Shown one piece after another: positions 1 to 18,041 of a DNA stretch of 64,000 nucleotides. The DNA comes from the human T2T-CHM13v2.0 reference genome, Homo sapiens. Within the stretch, counting starts at the first letter, position 1. Each line of letters opens with the position of its first letter. The translations under genes and the position numbers were made by a program. The notes beneath the pieces are model-generated. The model was not told the origin of the DNA. It saw only the letters and a program-made list of their open reading frames with translations, and ran no database searches. Location: the NCBI RefSeq assembly GCF_009914755.1, contig NC_060935.1; one strand, 5' to 3'.

Positions 1-346
1 CCTTACCCCTCAGGTGGCTTGGGCTGACCCCTTCTTGGGTCAGGGTGCAGGGGCTGGGTCAGCTCTGGGCCAGGGGCCCAGGGGCCTGGGACAAGACACA
101 ACCTGCACCCTTATTGCCTGGGACATCAACCAGCCAAGTAACGGGTCATGGGGGCGAGTGCAAGGACAGAGACCTCCAGCAACTGGTGGTTTCTGATCTC
201 CTGGGGTGGCGAGGGCTTCCTGGAGTAGCCAGAGGTGGAGGAGGATTTGTCGCCAGTTTCTGGATGGAGGTGCTGGCACTTTTAGCTGAGGAAAATATGC
301 AGACACAGAGCACATTTGGGGACCTGGGACCAGTTCAGCAGAGGCA

Positions 347-394
347 GCGTGTGTGCGCGTGCGTGTGCGTGTGTGTGCGTGTGTGTGTGTACGC
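347..394. repeat. Mixed (GT)/(GC) alternating purine-pyrimidine microsatellite in GSTP1 intron 5
   Basis: gcgtgtgtgcgcgtgcgtgtgcgtgtgtgtgcgtgtgtgtgtgtacgc. Confidence 0.9.
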
Positions 395-595
395 TTGCAT
401 TTGTGTCGGGTGGGTAAGGAGATAGAGATGGGCGGGCAGTAGGCCCAGGTCCCGAAGGCCTTGAACCCACTGGTTTGGAGTCTCCTAAGGGCAATGGGGG
501 CCATTGAGAAGTCTGAACAGGGCTGTGTCTGAATGTGAGGTCTAGAAGGATCCTCCAGAGAAGCCAGCTCTAAAGCTTTTGCAATCATCTGGTGA

Positions 596-1267
<672 letters not shown>

Positions 1268-1321
1268 GGGTTGGGGGGACTCTGAGCGGGAGGCAGAGTT
1301 TGCCTTCCTTTCTCCAGGACC

Positions 1322-1327
1322 AATAAA
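1322..1327 (+). terminator. GSTP1: GSTP1 polyadenylation signal AATAAA
   Basis: AATAAA 54 nt after the stop codon, followed by GT-rich tgtgtttcct. Confidence 0.93.
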
Positions 1328-1968
1328 ATTTCTAAGAGAGCTACTATGAGCACTGTGTTTCCTGGGACGGGGCTTAGGGGTTCTCAGCCTCGAGGTCGGT
1401 GGGAGGGCAGAGCAGAGGACTAGAAAACAGCTCCTCCAGCACAGTCAGTGGCTTCCTGGAGCCCTCAGCCTGGCTGTGTTTACTGAACCTCACAAACTAG
1501 AAGAGGAAGAAAAAAAAAGAGAGAGAGAAACAAAGAGAAATAACCATGGTCACTGTCCTGGAGCACCACACAGTGTATATAGAAGGAGAAAAGTCTCATA
1601 GAAACATGCTTTCTAGGCACAGCACGTGCCTGTCAGATGGACAGACTCCAGGATGGAGGGAAATGAGGGATTCTGGGAAGGAGGGATGTGAGGAGTTCCC
1701 TGTCCTGGGGGATTAGCTGAGTAGCTCTGAGCAGCCCAGGTTGGTGGGAGGGTCATTCTGCTTGGATGGGGGCTTTCCTGGCTTCCTGCTGACTTGTGAG
1801 TTTTGGTGCATCCTAGGCAAGCAATGACACTACTGTATTAGGATTCTCCAGAGAAGCTAAGCCAGTAAGATGCTGTAGGGCAGGCAAAATTTTATCTCTG
1901 TCCTTTTAGGGTTTTTTGGCTGGGCCTGAGAACTAAAGACATGAGCAAGAGAAAAGCATTCAAATTTA

Positions 1969-2365
<397 letters not shown>

Positions 2366-2366
2366 C

Positions 2367-2368
2367 TG

Positions 2369-2399
<31 letters not shown>

Positions 2400-2681
2400 G
2401 AGATGGAGTCTCACTCTGGTGCCTAGGCTGGAGTATAGTGGTGTAATCTCTGCTCACTGTAACCTCTGCCTCTCAGACTCAAGCAATTCTCCTGCCTCAG
2501 CCTCCTGAGTAGCTGGGATTACAGGTGCCCACCACCGCGCCTGGCTAATTTTTGTATTTTTAGTAGAGATGGGCTTTCATCATGTTGGCCAGGCTGGTTT
2601 CGGACTTTTAACCTCACGTGATCCACTCGCCTTGGGCTCCCAAAGTGCTGGGATTACAGGCGTGAGCCACCGCACCCAGCC
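2367..2681 (-). mobile_element. Alu (AluS-like)
   Basis: (gtttt)n tail then gagatggagtctcactctg...cacccagcc. Confidence 0.9.
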
Positions 2682-3099
2682 TAATACGCTATATTAATCA
2701 GAAACTGCCAACTAACCTCTAACTTGGGACTTTTCACTCTAACCAGTCAAAATTGTTTTCTTTGTCTGGCTTCTGCAAAATGATTAAGTTTCACTTCCCC
2801 TCTAATAGAAGCACTAGCTGCTTTGGTCTTGTGCTATCTTAATTTATGTGTCACTGAATGCTCAAATAAACTCTTTAGAATGTAAATGGGCTTAAGTTTA
2901 TCTTCTAGCAGATCTGATGTCAGAGGTAGGATCCTTCAGAAGGACATCAGAAGGATCTGAAGGATTTCTCCCCATCCTGGGCCCAGTGATGGTCTCCAGG
3001 AGCAATGAGCAAACAGGTGTAGGCATTTCACTGAGCCCCCTGCACGCTGCTTCCTGCAGCATATTTGAAGGTCATCACTGGTAAGTCCCACTCAGATAC

Positions 3100-4062
<963 letters not shown>

Positions 4063-4884
4063 CATACAAACTCCAGAACTTAAATCGAGTTCTCTGAGTT
4101 GAGCCGATCTGGACTGGGTTTGGAAGTTGTGGTAGAAGTTTAACGCATCCTGTAGGGAGGCTTCAGGTATCTGACTGGGTCAGACAGAAACTGAAATGGT
4201 TTTAGTGAAAGACCTCTAATAGGTAAGGTTCCAGGAAAACAAACAATTCTGGGCTCATTTAAATCCAGGGGGTCTGGGACTCCATCGCAGGACTTGTGCT
4301 CTTCTAGAGAGATGATTGAATCTTACCAAAAATAATTTAGAATTTTGGTGGCCACAGTGGGGAAGTTTTAACCTAAATAAAACTGCTCATCTCCAGAATG
4401 CATTGAAAAAAAAGAGGGGGGATCCCAAACACCCCAGAAATAATGGGTTGTATTTTTGGTTGGCAAGCAGAGGGTTCTAAGTTCTCCATCTTTCTCACTA
4501 GCCTCCTCTGAATCTGCTGACTTCTTTGCTTGGTTACCTTCCCACCTTGACGATGCAATGAAAAAAAACCCAGCTAGATAAGTTATACAAGTTAGGCTGT
4601 CAAATCAACCATGTCTGCTTCTTTACCCTTATGCCATAGTTAAAATCTTAAGCTCAGAGCAATAATAAAAGGTATCCCTGTCCGGCATAGAAAATGCTTT
4701 GTCTGCCCTATTTGTTAATGGGCTCCACCCTGACCTCAGTAATCTAGTTACACATATGTTGACAGGACCTGAGGAAGCTCAAAATTGGATGCAAGAGGCA
4801 GAATGGTATTGCTCTGAGGACAATATCCAAGGTCCACAAGCCCCTACTTGGTCCATATATAGGCCAGAAGAAACCCAAACTTTT

Positions 4885-5246
<362 letters not shown>

Positions 5247-5573
5247 TTAAACAACTACCCCCTGGCAGGGAGACTCATTTTCCTGTCTCTCCTGGCCTGA
5301 TACGTTTTGCATAGCTCGCATTCTTCACACTGCTCTAAGCTACTTTTCTTTCTCATTTCCCTCTTTTGATAGATATTTTTCTCTTCTGAAAGCATTGATG
5401 ATCGACATTTTTTTTATGCATATGATTTTTGTTCACTGTCACGTAAGATTCAGGAATCAATGTGTTAGATGCAAGTTTGTCCCATGTCACTGGGAAGGCT
5501 TATTCCCAGGCCATCTGTCCTACTTCAGAGAGAAAGAGGAGAGGTACCTATGGTTAAAGAATTTAGTGAAGGT

Positions 5574-5878
<305 letters not shown>

Positions 5879-6077
5879 TTAGTGAAGTCTCAAGGTCAAA
5901 TTGATTAGAACCACAGAGGGACAAAGCAATGGGAACTCAGTCGAGCCATCCGCTTACAAAGGAGCCGTGACATGTGAGAGCATTTCTAAGCATCTAGCTA
6001 TCATGATTTTATTTTTTGTTGTTGACTTAAGACATCTAGAAATGCAAAGCATAATCAATTTAAGAATAAAAACTACT

Positions 6078-6400
<323 letters not shown>

Positions 6401-7082
6401 TTATTAACAAAACAAGTTGAAATCCAGATCTGAAAAGTGTTCTTATTTGTGAAGGTAACAAATCAAATAGATCATGTAATGGGGTTGGCTTTTTGACAGC
6501 TTGCAGCCATTTAGCCTTTTGAGTGATCCTTCCAAACCGAGTTTCCACTTCTCATCCAGGTTTGAAGAACAAGGTGACTGGTTGTGGTCAGCTTCGGTGG
6601 GAGATCTCTGGTGATGAAAGATGTCCACTCAGGTGGGCTGCCTTTTTAAAGTGAAAAAAAAAATGAGAATCCATGAGTCAATGCCCCTGATGTTAGCTGC
6701 ACAAAGACTGGTTAACAGTACGTGACATGATCCCTTCCAACATGGTTGGAGGGAGTATTTTATTTGATGATGTTTCCAATAAACAAAATCTCCAGGTTGG
6801 AAGCTGTGATCTTTGATGTCGGTCTCCAGGGAGATTGCTTTTTAAAAGAATTCTTCATTAATTAAATTTTTTTTTAATTGAGAAGCTTTATAAAGGCCCT
6901 GGCAATCATGAAGTATAGCATTTTTAAGAAGAGCTAGCTCATAGACTTCTGCATTCAGGCACATGGCCTTCCTGTTATTTCAAAGAAAGAAAGCCGATGT
7001 TGTTGAAATGGGGTAGAGTGTGAATTAAGCAATACCAATGGGAGACTCTTAGGCCAGAGAAGTTTCAAGTTTCTATAAGCTT

Positions 7083-7376
<294 letters not shown>

Positions 7377-7643
7377 GTTTCTATAAGCTTTGCCAATTTG
7401 ATTTTTATTATTTGTGCATTTCACAAGTCTGGAAGACTGAGGGTGGTATGGACAATGGAAATGTTGAAAAATCAGCCATACGTTACAAATAAACTGAATT
7501 ATTTGACCAGTGAAATGGGTTCATTAGTTTCCATGAAGATTGGAGGGAGCTCTCCAAGAAGGAATAGGGCAAGATTTAAAGTAGTCATGGTCAAAGATGC
7601 AATCAACAAAGAAATTTGGTCATTTTATTTTTTTGTGGCCTAC

Positions 7644-8947
7644 TGAAACGGGAAGGGTTCCCTTGTCCCCCTTGCAGGGCATGTGATGGGGGAGTGGCTC
7701 GCTTCTTCAGTGCCCCGCTGCTCAGACCTGCAGGGGAGCATACAGATGGGCAGGTTGTGGGGCTCCAACCCACGGCAGCATCTAGGGGTGGATGTTTACA
7801 GCTCCTGAAGCCCTAGTGGGCATGTGTTACAGGGTGCTCTTTTAGTTTTGCCATCTATAGGCAGCTTGTGTTAACCAGCAGCTCAATTAGACCCTCTGCT
7901 TTGTTACAAGGACAGAGGGATTTCTGTATCCCAGGTTCTTGCCTTGGTGTACTGGAAGAATAGGATCACACCTGGGCTTGGAGAATGAGTGCAAGGTTTT
8001 ATTGAGTGGAGGTAACTCTCAGCAGTTGGAGGAAGCCAGAAGGGCATGGAGTGGGAAGGTTTTGCCCTGGAGTCAGGCTGCTCAGCGGCCTGGGCTTGCC
8101 TTTGACTGCCCGGCCAAACTCCGCCTCGTTCTGCAGGTGGATGGCCTGCCGGCATGCTGGCGTCTGTCGTGTGCTCTTCCACCAGCCTGCTCCCTTCTGT
8201 GGCAGATTGGTCAGAGAGGTGGGAAGAACTATAGGGAAAGGACGCAAACCTTCTGAAAGGTGGGAAGGTTCTGCAGAGCCCTGGGGGAGAAGAACTGAAG
8301 GCAGCTCTTCTATAACCCTGAGGCAGAGGGCAAGGAGTAGGTACAAGGGAGTATGGGGGATTTTATCTTAAATAGGCATGTTTACTTATGTCGACCAGGA
8401 ACTGACCTTAGATCATCTATGATCACCTATGATCATGTTTCAGGGAACATGAGGTTCCCTGAAAGGGGAATAATAAATATTAATGACTTACAGATTGTGT
8501 CGGCTCCAGGTTTTCGACATTGTGCCTGCACTGAATAAAAGCAAAGCAGCTCCAGCTTCTTCCACTAGAGCCAGGCAGTCACCTAGCTGCTCTTAACACT
8601 GCATACCTGTGTCTGGGTACTCATTTCCTCTGTTGGCCAGGGTCTGTGGGACAGAGCTGGCACCCCTCAATGACCTCTCAACGTCCAGCCACTTGTGTCT
8701 TCTTCTGCCAATGTGTTCCTCTCCACGTCCAGCTGCTTGTGTGTCTGCTTGCTAGGGTCTCAGGGTTTTTATAGGCACAGGATATGGGTGTGGTGGGCCA
8801 GGGTGCTCTTTGGAAATGCAATATTTGGGCAGGAAAACAAAAATGCCTGTCTTCACCCAGGTCCATGGGCACAGGCCTGGGGGTGGAGCCCTAGCCAGGG
8901 ACTACACATTCCTCTACCCAGCACTTCCCTGCCCCCCTTCCGTATCA
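7644..8947 (-). mobile_element. ERV1 solo LTR (LTR27/LTR28/MER52-like) interrupted by an LTR22
   Basis: Minus strand starts tgatacggaaggggggcagggaagtgctgggtagag and ends cccgtttca; AATAAA on - near 7998-8003; ctac/ctat flanks. Subfamily from memory. Confidence 0.65.
8198..8662 (+). mobile_element. LTR22-like solo LTR (HERV-K HML-5)
   Basis: TG...CA termini; tgtggcagattggtcagagaggtgggaagaactatagggaaaggacgcaaacc start; aataaa at ~8535; TSD cccttc/cccctc. Confidence 0.7.
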
Positions 8948-9379
8948 CTATAATTCAACACAATACTTACAATAATGACTGATAATATATACCAACACAT
9001 ATCAGATTTTTAGGAATCTCATATAATTTTGGAACACATATTAATAACACATTTCACAAATATAACTCAAAGAAAGTTAAATGTCATTTCTTTTTTGACA
9101 ATGCTTGCTGTGTAATTTTTACATGCCAAATAATACCAAGTTCTCTTGAACTTACATGGGTTTTTTTTTTCTTTTTCAAATGTTGAAACGTTAGTTTGAG
9201 GTCAAAATGGCTTAATTTAGAATTTGAATTTTCATTTTTGGAAGTTTGTCAAATACCAAAGCTTTAAAACACTTGATATTAAAATAGAAAAGGTTTAAAA
9301 GACTTGTTCAAAATAGAATCATGGGGAACTTCAAAATAATAGTCATTCATTTAGCCAAAGTGATAACTGAAAGATTTCA

Positions 9380-9680
<301 letters not shown>

Positions 9681-9971
9681 AGATTTCCGAAAGCAAAAAC
9701 CTTTATTGTTTGATAGAGAGGAGACTCAGTTTTCTAAACAATCCAAAGACCTAATGAAGGAAGCATAAGGCAAACTCGCTCCTCTTTTTTTATTTTTTTC
9801 ACTTTGCAGTTTGCTCAAAAGGCAAACAAAAATCTTTTACAATCTCTTATTACTACTACATGAAAATCTCGTTTAAAAGAGAAAACTAAATTCTACCTTT
9901 ACATTAGTGTATTATTAATGCTACAGCTAAAAATATAGTTATAATAAAATCTTGCAAACAGATCCATCTAA

Positions 9972-10360
<389 letters not shown>

Positions 10361-10544
10361 CACAATGTTTTTCATTGTCTTTCTTTCTCCAGCTTTGTTT
10401 ATTCATTTGGCTTTATCTATCTCATATATATGATATGATATGATACACACACAGATGCATATATATACGTATGCGTATATATACACACACATACACGAAC
10501 GTATATAATCATATATATTTCTTAATGGGATATATATATATAAT

Positions 10545-10905
10545 TTTACAGATGGGGTATTGCTCTATTGTCCAGGCTGGAGTGCAGTGGCAAAATCAGA
10601 GCTCCTGGGCTCAAGCAATCCTCCTGCCTCAGCCTCCTGAATAGCTGAGACTACAGGCATGAACCACCATGCCCAGCTAATTTAAAAAAATTTATCAGGC
10701 CAGGCATGGTGGCTCATGCCTGTAATCCCAGCACTTCAGGAGGCTGAGGCAGGTGGATCACTTGAGCTCAGGAGTTTGAGACCAGCCTGAGCAACATGCC
10801 GAAACCTCGTTTCTACAAAAAATACAAAAGTTAGCCAGGTGTGGTGGCACAGGCCTGTAGTCCTAGCTAGTTAGGGGGCTGAGATGGGAGGATTGCTTGA
10901 GCCCG
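10545..10905. mobile_element. Two partial Alus in opposite orientation (- 10545-10685; + 10697-10905)
   Basis: Alu right arm on -, then ggccaggcatggtggctc...gagcccg on +. Confidence 0.75.
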
Positions 10906-11664
10906 AATTCTTTTTGGTTTCTCCAATTTAAGTGTCTCCCACTTTTCTGACTTGTAATCATTAAGAACAAGGATTGCTTTGTTCCTAAAGCCCTACAAGC
11001 AGGATATGGACAACTGGATTAAACTTCAGAGAAAACCCCTCATGCCTGATGTAGGGAGCACTTGAGGAGTTTGCTGAAATGCCTTCTGCCATAAACAGAG
11101 ATATTAAAACCACAAATCAGGAAAATATGCTTCGAGCTTCAATCTAGGAATCTTGATTAACTGACCCCTGGACTCAGAGACTATATTTATAGTTTGTTCT
11201 GGTTATCTCCCTGAGTGAGAACTGAGCCCATTCAACCCAGATTCATATGTTTGCAAGGTGTCTTTGAAAAGGAGAGAGAGAGAGAGAGAGAGAACAAGGT
11301 GAAGACACACTTGTTCCCGGCTGCCCAGGCCTGGAAGTGACACACTTCATTTCTGCCCCATTTGGATGCAAGAAGACTGAGAAACAGTTTAGCTCTGTGT
11401 CTGAGAAGAGGAAATGAGTTTGTGATATCTAGCCAGTCTCTATCACATACAACCAACCCATGCTTTAAAAATGAAAAATAAAATAAAATAAAAATATAAA
11501 ACAAATCCATGCCTATCTTGGAACTCAGTATGTACTAGCAGTGGTATCATAAATAAGTTTGAAAAGAAGAGTTATTTAGATAGCATTAGTGAAACTGATT
11601 CCACCTATTAAGAAAAATTACTGGATCCTTACCTCACACCATATACAATAAAATCTAAACAGAT

Positions 11665-11894
11665 CAGTGGTTCTCGAGAGGAGGCAATGTTGTCACCCAG
11701 AGGATATTTGGTAATATCTGGAGACATTTTTGTTGTCCCAACTTGTGGGGTGCTATTGACACCTAGGGATGCTGCTCAACATCCTCCAATGCACAGGGCA
11801 GCTAGCAAATAAAGCCCCAGTGGCCACAGTGTCAAGGTTGAGAAGCTCACAGCAAAGCCCCAAATGGCCATAGTGTCAAGGTTGAGAAGCCCTG
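11665..11894. mobile_element. MER20-like hAT DNA transposon with a duplicated end
   Basis: cagtggttctc...gagaagccctg terminal inverted repeats; ggatatttggtaatatctggagacattttt core; 43-bp tandem duplication at 11811-11894. Confidence 0.7.
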
Positions 11895-11995
11895 CACTAG
11901 GGTTCACCTACACTTGAGAGAGAAAAATAAAATACTAACAGAAAAAAATAATTAAAGAAAGTTTCTTATGACCTTGGGCTAGGAATAGATTTCTT

Positions 11996-13388
11996 TTTTT
12001 TTTCTTTTTTTTCTTTTTGGAGTTTAAAACTTTTTATTTGGAAATAATTTCAAAGTTATAAAATGTTGCAAAAAAATTTTTTAAACTACCAAAAACAGCC
12101 ATATTTACCGTTTACCCAGATTTACCTATTCAACATTTTATACCATTCACTTCATTATTTTCTCTCTCTCTCTCTTTTTTTTTTTTATTGATCATTCTTG
12201 GGTGTTTCTGGCAGAGGGGGATTTGGCAGGGTCATAGGACAATAGTGGAGGGAAGGTCAGCAGATAAACAAGTGAACAAAGGTCTCTGGCTTTCCTAGGC
12301 AGAGGACCCTGCGGCCTTCCGCAGTGTTTGTGTCCCTGGGTACTTGAGATTAGGGAGTGGTGATGACTCTTAAAGAGCATGCTGCCTTCAAGCATCTGTT
12401 TAACAAAGCACATCTTGCACCGCCCTTAATCCATTTAACCCTGAGTGGACACAGCACATGTTTCAGAGAGCACAGGGTTGGGGGTAAGGTCATAGATCAA
12501 CAGCATCCCAAGGCAGAAGAATTTTTCTTACTACAGAACAAAATGAAGTCTCCCATGTCTACTTCTTTCTACACAGACACAGCAACAATCTGATTTCTCT
12601 ATCTTTTCCCTGCCTTTCCCCCTTTTCTATTCCACAAAACCGCCATCGTCATCATGGCCCCTTCTCAATGAGCTGTTGGGTACACCTCCCAGACGGGGTG
12701 GTGGCCGGGCAGAGGGGCTGGCCCCCACCTCCCTCCCGGACGGGGTGGCTGCCGGGTGGAGACGCTCCTCACGTCCCAGATGGGGTGGCTGCCGGGCGGA
12801 GGCGCTCCTCACTTCTCAGACCGGGCAGCTGCCGGGCGGAGGGGCTCCTCACTTCTCAGATGGGGCGGCTGCTGGGTGGAGGGGCTCCTCACTTCTCAGA
12901 TGGGGCAGCCGGGCAGAGACGCTCCTCACCTCCCAGATGGGGTCGCGGCCGGGCAGAGGTGCTCCCCACATCCCGGACGATGGGCGGCCGGGCAGAGATG
13001 CTCCTCACCTCCTAGACAGGATGGCGGCCGGGAAGAGGCGCTCCTCACTTCCCAGACTGGGCAGCCGGGCAGAGGGGCTCCTCACATCCCAGACGATGGG
13101 CGGCCAGGCAGAGACGCTCCTCACCTCCCAGACGGGGTGGCGGCCGGGCAGAGGCTGCAATCTTGGCACTTTGGGAGGCCAAGGCAGGCGGCTGGGAGGT
13201 GGAGGTTGTAGCTGGCCGAGATCACACCACTGCACTCCAGCCTGGGCAACATTGAGCACTGAGTGAACGAGACTCCGTCTGCAATCCCGGCACCTCGGGA
13301 GGCCAAGGCTGGTGGATCACTCGCAGTTAGGAGCTAGAGACCAGCCCAGCCAACACAGCGAAACCCCGTCTCCACCAAAAAAACCGAG
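11996..13388 (-). mobile_element. 5'-truncated SVA retrotransposon (older SVA_B/C-like) with a 3' transduction
   Basis: Alu-like region ~13150-13388, GC-rich VNTR ~12685-13150, SINE-R ~12186-12685, polyA 12176-12187; no (CCCTCT)n head; extra ~150 bp plus a second polyA; TSD ATAGATTTCTT at 11985-11995 and 13389-13399. Confidence 0.93.
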
Positions 13389-13553
13389 ATAGATTTCTTA
13401 AATAAGGCCCCTAAATGAATGAATTTAACTATATCAAAACAAAAGATTTCTCTTTTTAAATTTTTAATGGATACATTGTACTTGTACATATTTATGGAGT
13501 ACAATTTGGTGGTTCCATATACATATATGTGTTTTATAATGATCAAATTAGGT

Positions 13554-13845
13554 AGGCTGGGCATAATGGCTCACATCTAGCATCCCAGAACTTTGGGAGG
13601 CCCAGGCGGAAGAATTGTTTGAGCCCAGGAGTTCAAGGTCCCCCTGGGCAACATTATGAGACCCCATCTCTATAAAAAATTAAAAAATTAGTGGGGTGTG
13701 GTGGTTCATGCCTGTGGTCCCAACTACTTTGGAGCTGAGGTGGGAGGATTGCTTGAGCCCAAGAGGTCAAGGCTGTAGTGAGCTATATTCCCATCACTGC
13801 ACTCCAGCCTGGGTAATAGAGGGAGATCCTGTCTCAAAAACAAAC
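13554..13845 (+). mobile_element. Alu (AluJ-like)
   Basis: Diverged dimer with ggaggattgcttgagccc. Confidence 0.85.
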
Positions 13846-14101
13846 AAATTAGGATATTTAGTGTGACCATCACCTCATGCATTTATCTGAAGTTTTCTCT
13901 TGTACAATGATCATTATTGTTTATTAGATTATCAGATAGATGATAAAGGAAATATTTGCAACATTTGACAGGAAGAGGGAGGACCTGTGGTTTTTAATGG
14001 TGGAGCTGGGATTCCCACTAATCCTTCAGAATACCCCAAAAGCCACAAAGACCATGAAAACCAAAACACACATTCCATCTAAATACACACTTTATCTCTT
14101 A

Positions 14102-14428
<327 letters not shown>

Positions 14429-16189
14429 CTACAGTTAAGAGCATCTGTGCACCAAGTAACATATCTGGGCACCTATACAACAAAAGCTCACAGATAGACA
14501 AGGACTCTGGCAGTTTTAAATAAGATTTCAAACTCTGCCATAGGAAAGCAGAGAGGCACCACCCTTCAATTGCTCTTGGGACATTTACTATAATAATTAT
14601 GTATTATGCCTTAAAGGAAATTTTAGAACATTCCAGGGATTAAGAGGGGTGGGGAGAGGGAGAGAAATAGTACAGATGACAGTCTTTCATTATGAGGCAA
14701 TAAAATGAAAAATAACAAAACCGGGAAACAAAATCCCCCTAACCCCTGTACATTTATAAATCTTTCTTAAAATGACTCCCGTCAAAGAAGAAATCAAAAC
14801 CAAAATTGCAGAACATCTAGCGAATGATGATAAAGATGCACTATATGTAAGAACTATTGGTCTACTTGACTGGATTGCTATGGCTTTAGAATCAGTCTTG
14901 CTATCTGCCAGGGCGAAACCCACCACCCACCCCATCTTCTTCTTCAAAATTGTCTTGGCTATTCTTGGCCCTTTGTTGTTCTATATACATTTTGGTGTCA
15001 GCTTTCCCACTTCCATGAAAAGCCCTGGTGGGATTTTGATGGGAATTTGCAGTGAATTTACAGATTAATTTGAAGATGTGACACTTTTATGATATTAAGT
15101 CATCCACCTGGTGAAAGCCCTGTGAACCAGCCTGGCTCCCCCATCCTCCCAGCAGCTGAGGGGCCAACTGGCGGGGACTGTGGGTGCACGATAAAGGAAG
15201 GAAGCCATAAATACTGGCCATGGCCTCATGACCGGCTGCAGCCACAGAGGTCCCCTTCAATGTCCTTTGTGGCTTTGAGTTTTGCATAGTGGGAGGAAAT
15301 TGTCTTTGCAAGGTGCAAAGTGGCCCCAGGAGGAAGAAAATGTAATAGAAGACAACTGCTCAACCTGTTTCTGATCATAAAAACTCAACAGTCTTTTTCT
15401 TTTTCTTTTTGCTGATTTATAAGATGAGGCCTGACATTTCTAAAACCTGAACCATTGAGGAATGGGGAAGACGAGTTTCACATTTCTCACAGCTTAGAAG
15501 GGGCGTTGAAGGGGTGTGTAAGCTTTTCCTGGTGTCTGTCATCCCAGATAGCCATCAAGGACTATGAGGAGTGAAAAAGAAGAGACTAGAGCTTTCGTGT
15601 TAAGGGACAAGAGCTTTTGTGTTAAGGGACAAAGGGGGTATAGGCAAGACTTCAGGTGACAACAGGGGGATGGGCAAAGGACCAATGCAGAAACAATCGT
15701 TACCTAGACCTGATCTTCTGGGTTTCCGGATGTGAGTTTGCTGCAGGGAGGCGCCAGCAGGACCGGACCCAGGGGACTGATACCGGTACCTGGGGTCTGT
15801 GTATGCCCAAGACCTCCCTGGTCCTCCGTGATGGAAACTGCAGACCATGTCTAATGCATCAGGATGGTATATGCCAAAGAGGGACCCTGAGACCCTGGCA
15901 GAGTGATGGAGAGTGGCCACACCAGGATGGCGGCGCGGAGGGTATTCCATGGCCCCTGAGCTGGGCCAGCAGGGAGAGAGGCCTGGGCCTGATGCGTCAT
16001 TCATTGTGCTGCTTGCCTTAAATACTTTCACCTTGTCCTTTGCGTGCCCCACCGGCCGTGACTGATAGACTTTACTCTTTCCAGTTTAAATTCATGGAAA
16101 AAAAAGATTTCCAGTTCAAGACAGCAGGATACAACCTGAAACCCACTATGTCTTTCTCAAACACATCAAGACCAGAGAAGAAAAACTAG

Positions 16190-16493
<304 letters not shown>

Positions 16494-16734
16494 TGTATTT
16501 CCTATTTAGCATTCTTTCCCTGTATTTCTTCTTTACTTTGTTTTCTTGTCTTCAGTTGAATTGAGGTTTTTGTGCTAGTCCCTTCTCCCCTACTATTGGA
16601 AGTTACACATTTTACTTTTATTTTTAGTGATTACTCTTAAATTTTTAGATCATACCTAAATTTCATGTCCAAGCAAAAGCTAATATCTCTATCCCCCTTC
16701 CTGAATATGAAGTGAAAACAAAAACAGAGTATAT

Positions 16735-17240
<506 letters not shown>

Positions 17241-18041
17241 CACCTAGAAACAGTAACAGGTATTGTCAGGATGGTCATAAAATGTTATTACTTTCTTCTT
17301 GCTTTTTTGGTATTTCTTCAATTTCAAACACAGGAAAAAAATTGATGTTTTTCATTTTTCAAATATAATATTTGATTACAATATTGAGTAAGTCCCTCCC
17401 TTGAGAAGCTCTATGCTGGGGGTTGGGGAAGATCTGATCGTGCCTTACTCACACTGGGCCTGACAATAGGTGCTCAAGATAGTTGTATGGGGTTGTTGTA
17501 GGACCAACAGGTTTGTATGCCCATATGTATGCAGTAACAGACCAATTACACTGAGATAGCAGGGTTTGCAGCAGAGAAAGAGTTTAATGATTGCAGGGCA
17601 CCAAGTTTGGAGATGGGAGGAGACCTTCAAATCCATCTCCCCAAGGAGTTTTGGACTGAATTTTTTAAGGAGATTGTGGAGGGCAAGGGGCTGGAAATTT
17701 GGGATTGTTGATTGCCTAAGCAAGGGGCATGAAATAATTGGGATTGGAAACCGCATTCTTTGGTGAGCCAGCTCCTCATGGGGACCAGTTGAGTCAGTAG
17801 TTTTATCAGCATGCAGGATCTGAAGGAATACTTCAAAAGGAAAATTTAGCATTTCATGTTCAAGTTGTTATTTATACAGCAGTTAAGGGCAGCTATAATC
17901 TAGGGTCTTTGTCACTCCGGGACAACAGGCACCAACCAGCCATGAGGAAGCAGGTCAGAGAGCAGCTGACCTCATGATGAATACTGAGTATGCTGCAGGC
18001 TTGGTTTATTTTCATCTTTTCCCCCTACTTCTTCCCTAATT

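Noticed and set aside
11811-11894. 43-bp tandem duplication
   Set aside because: Simple local duplication of a MER20 end with no sign of function.
12668-13266. Several 115-196 aa ORFs
   Set aside because: Artefacts of the GC-rich SVA VNTR.
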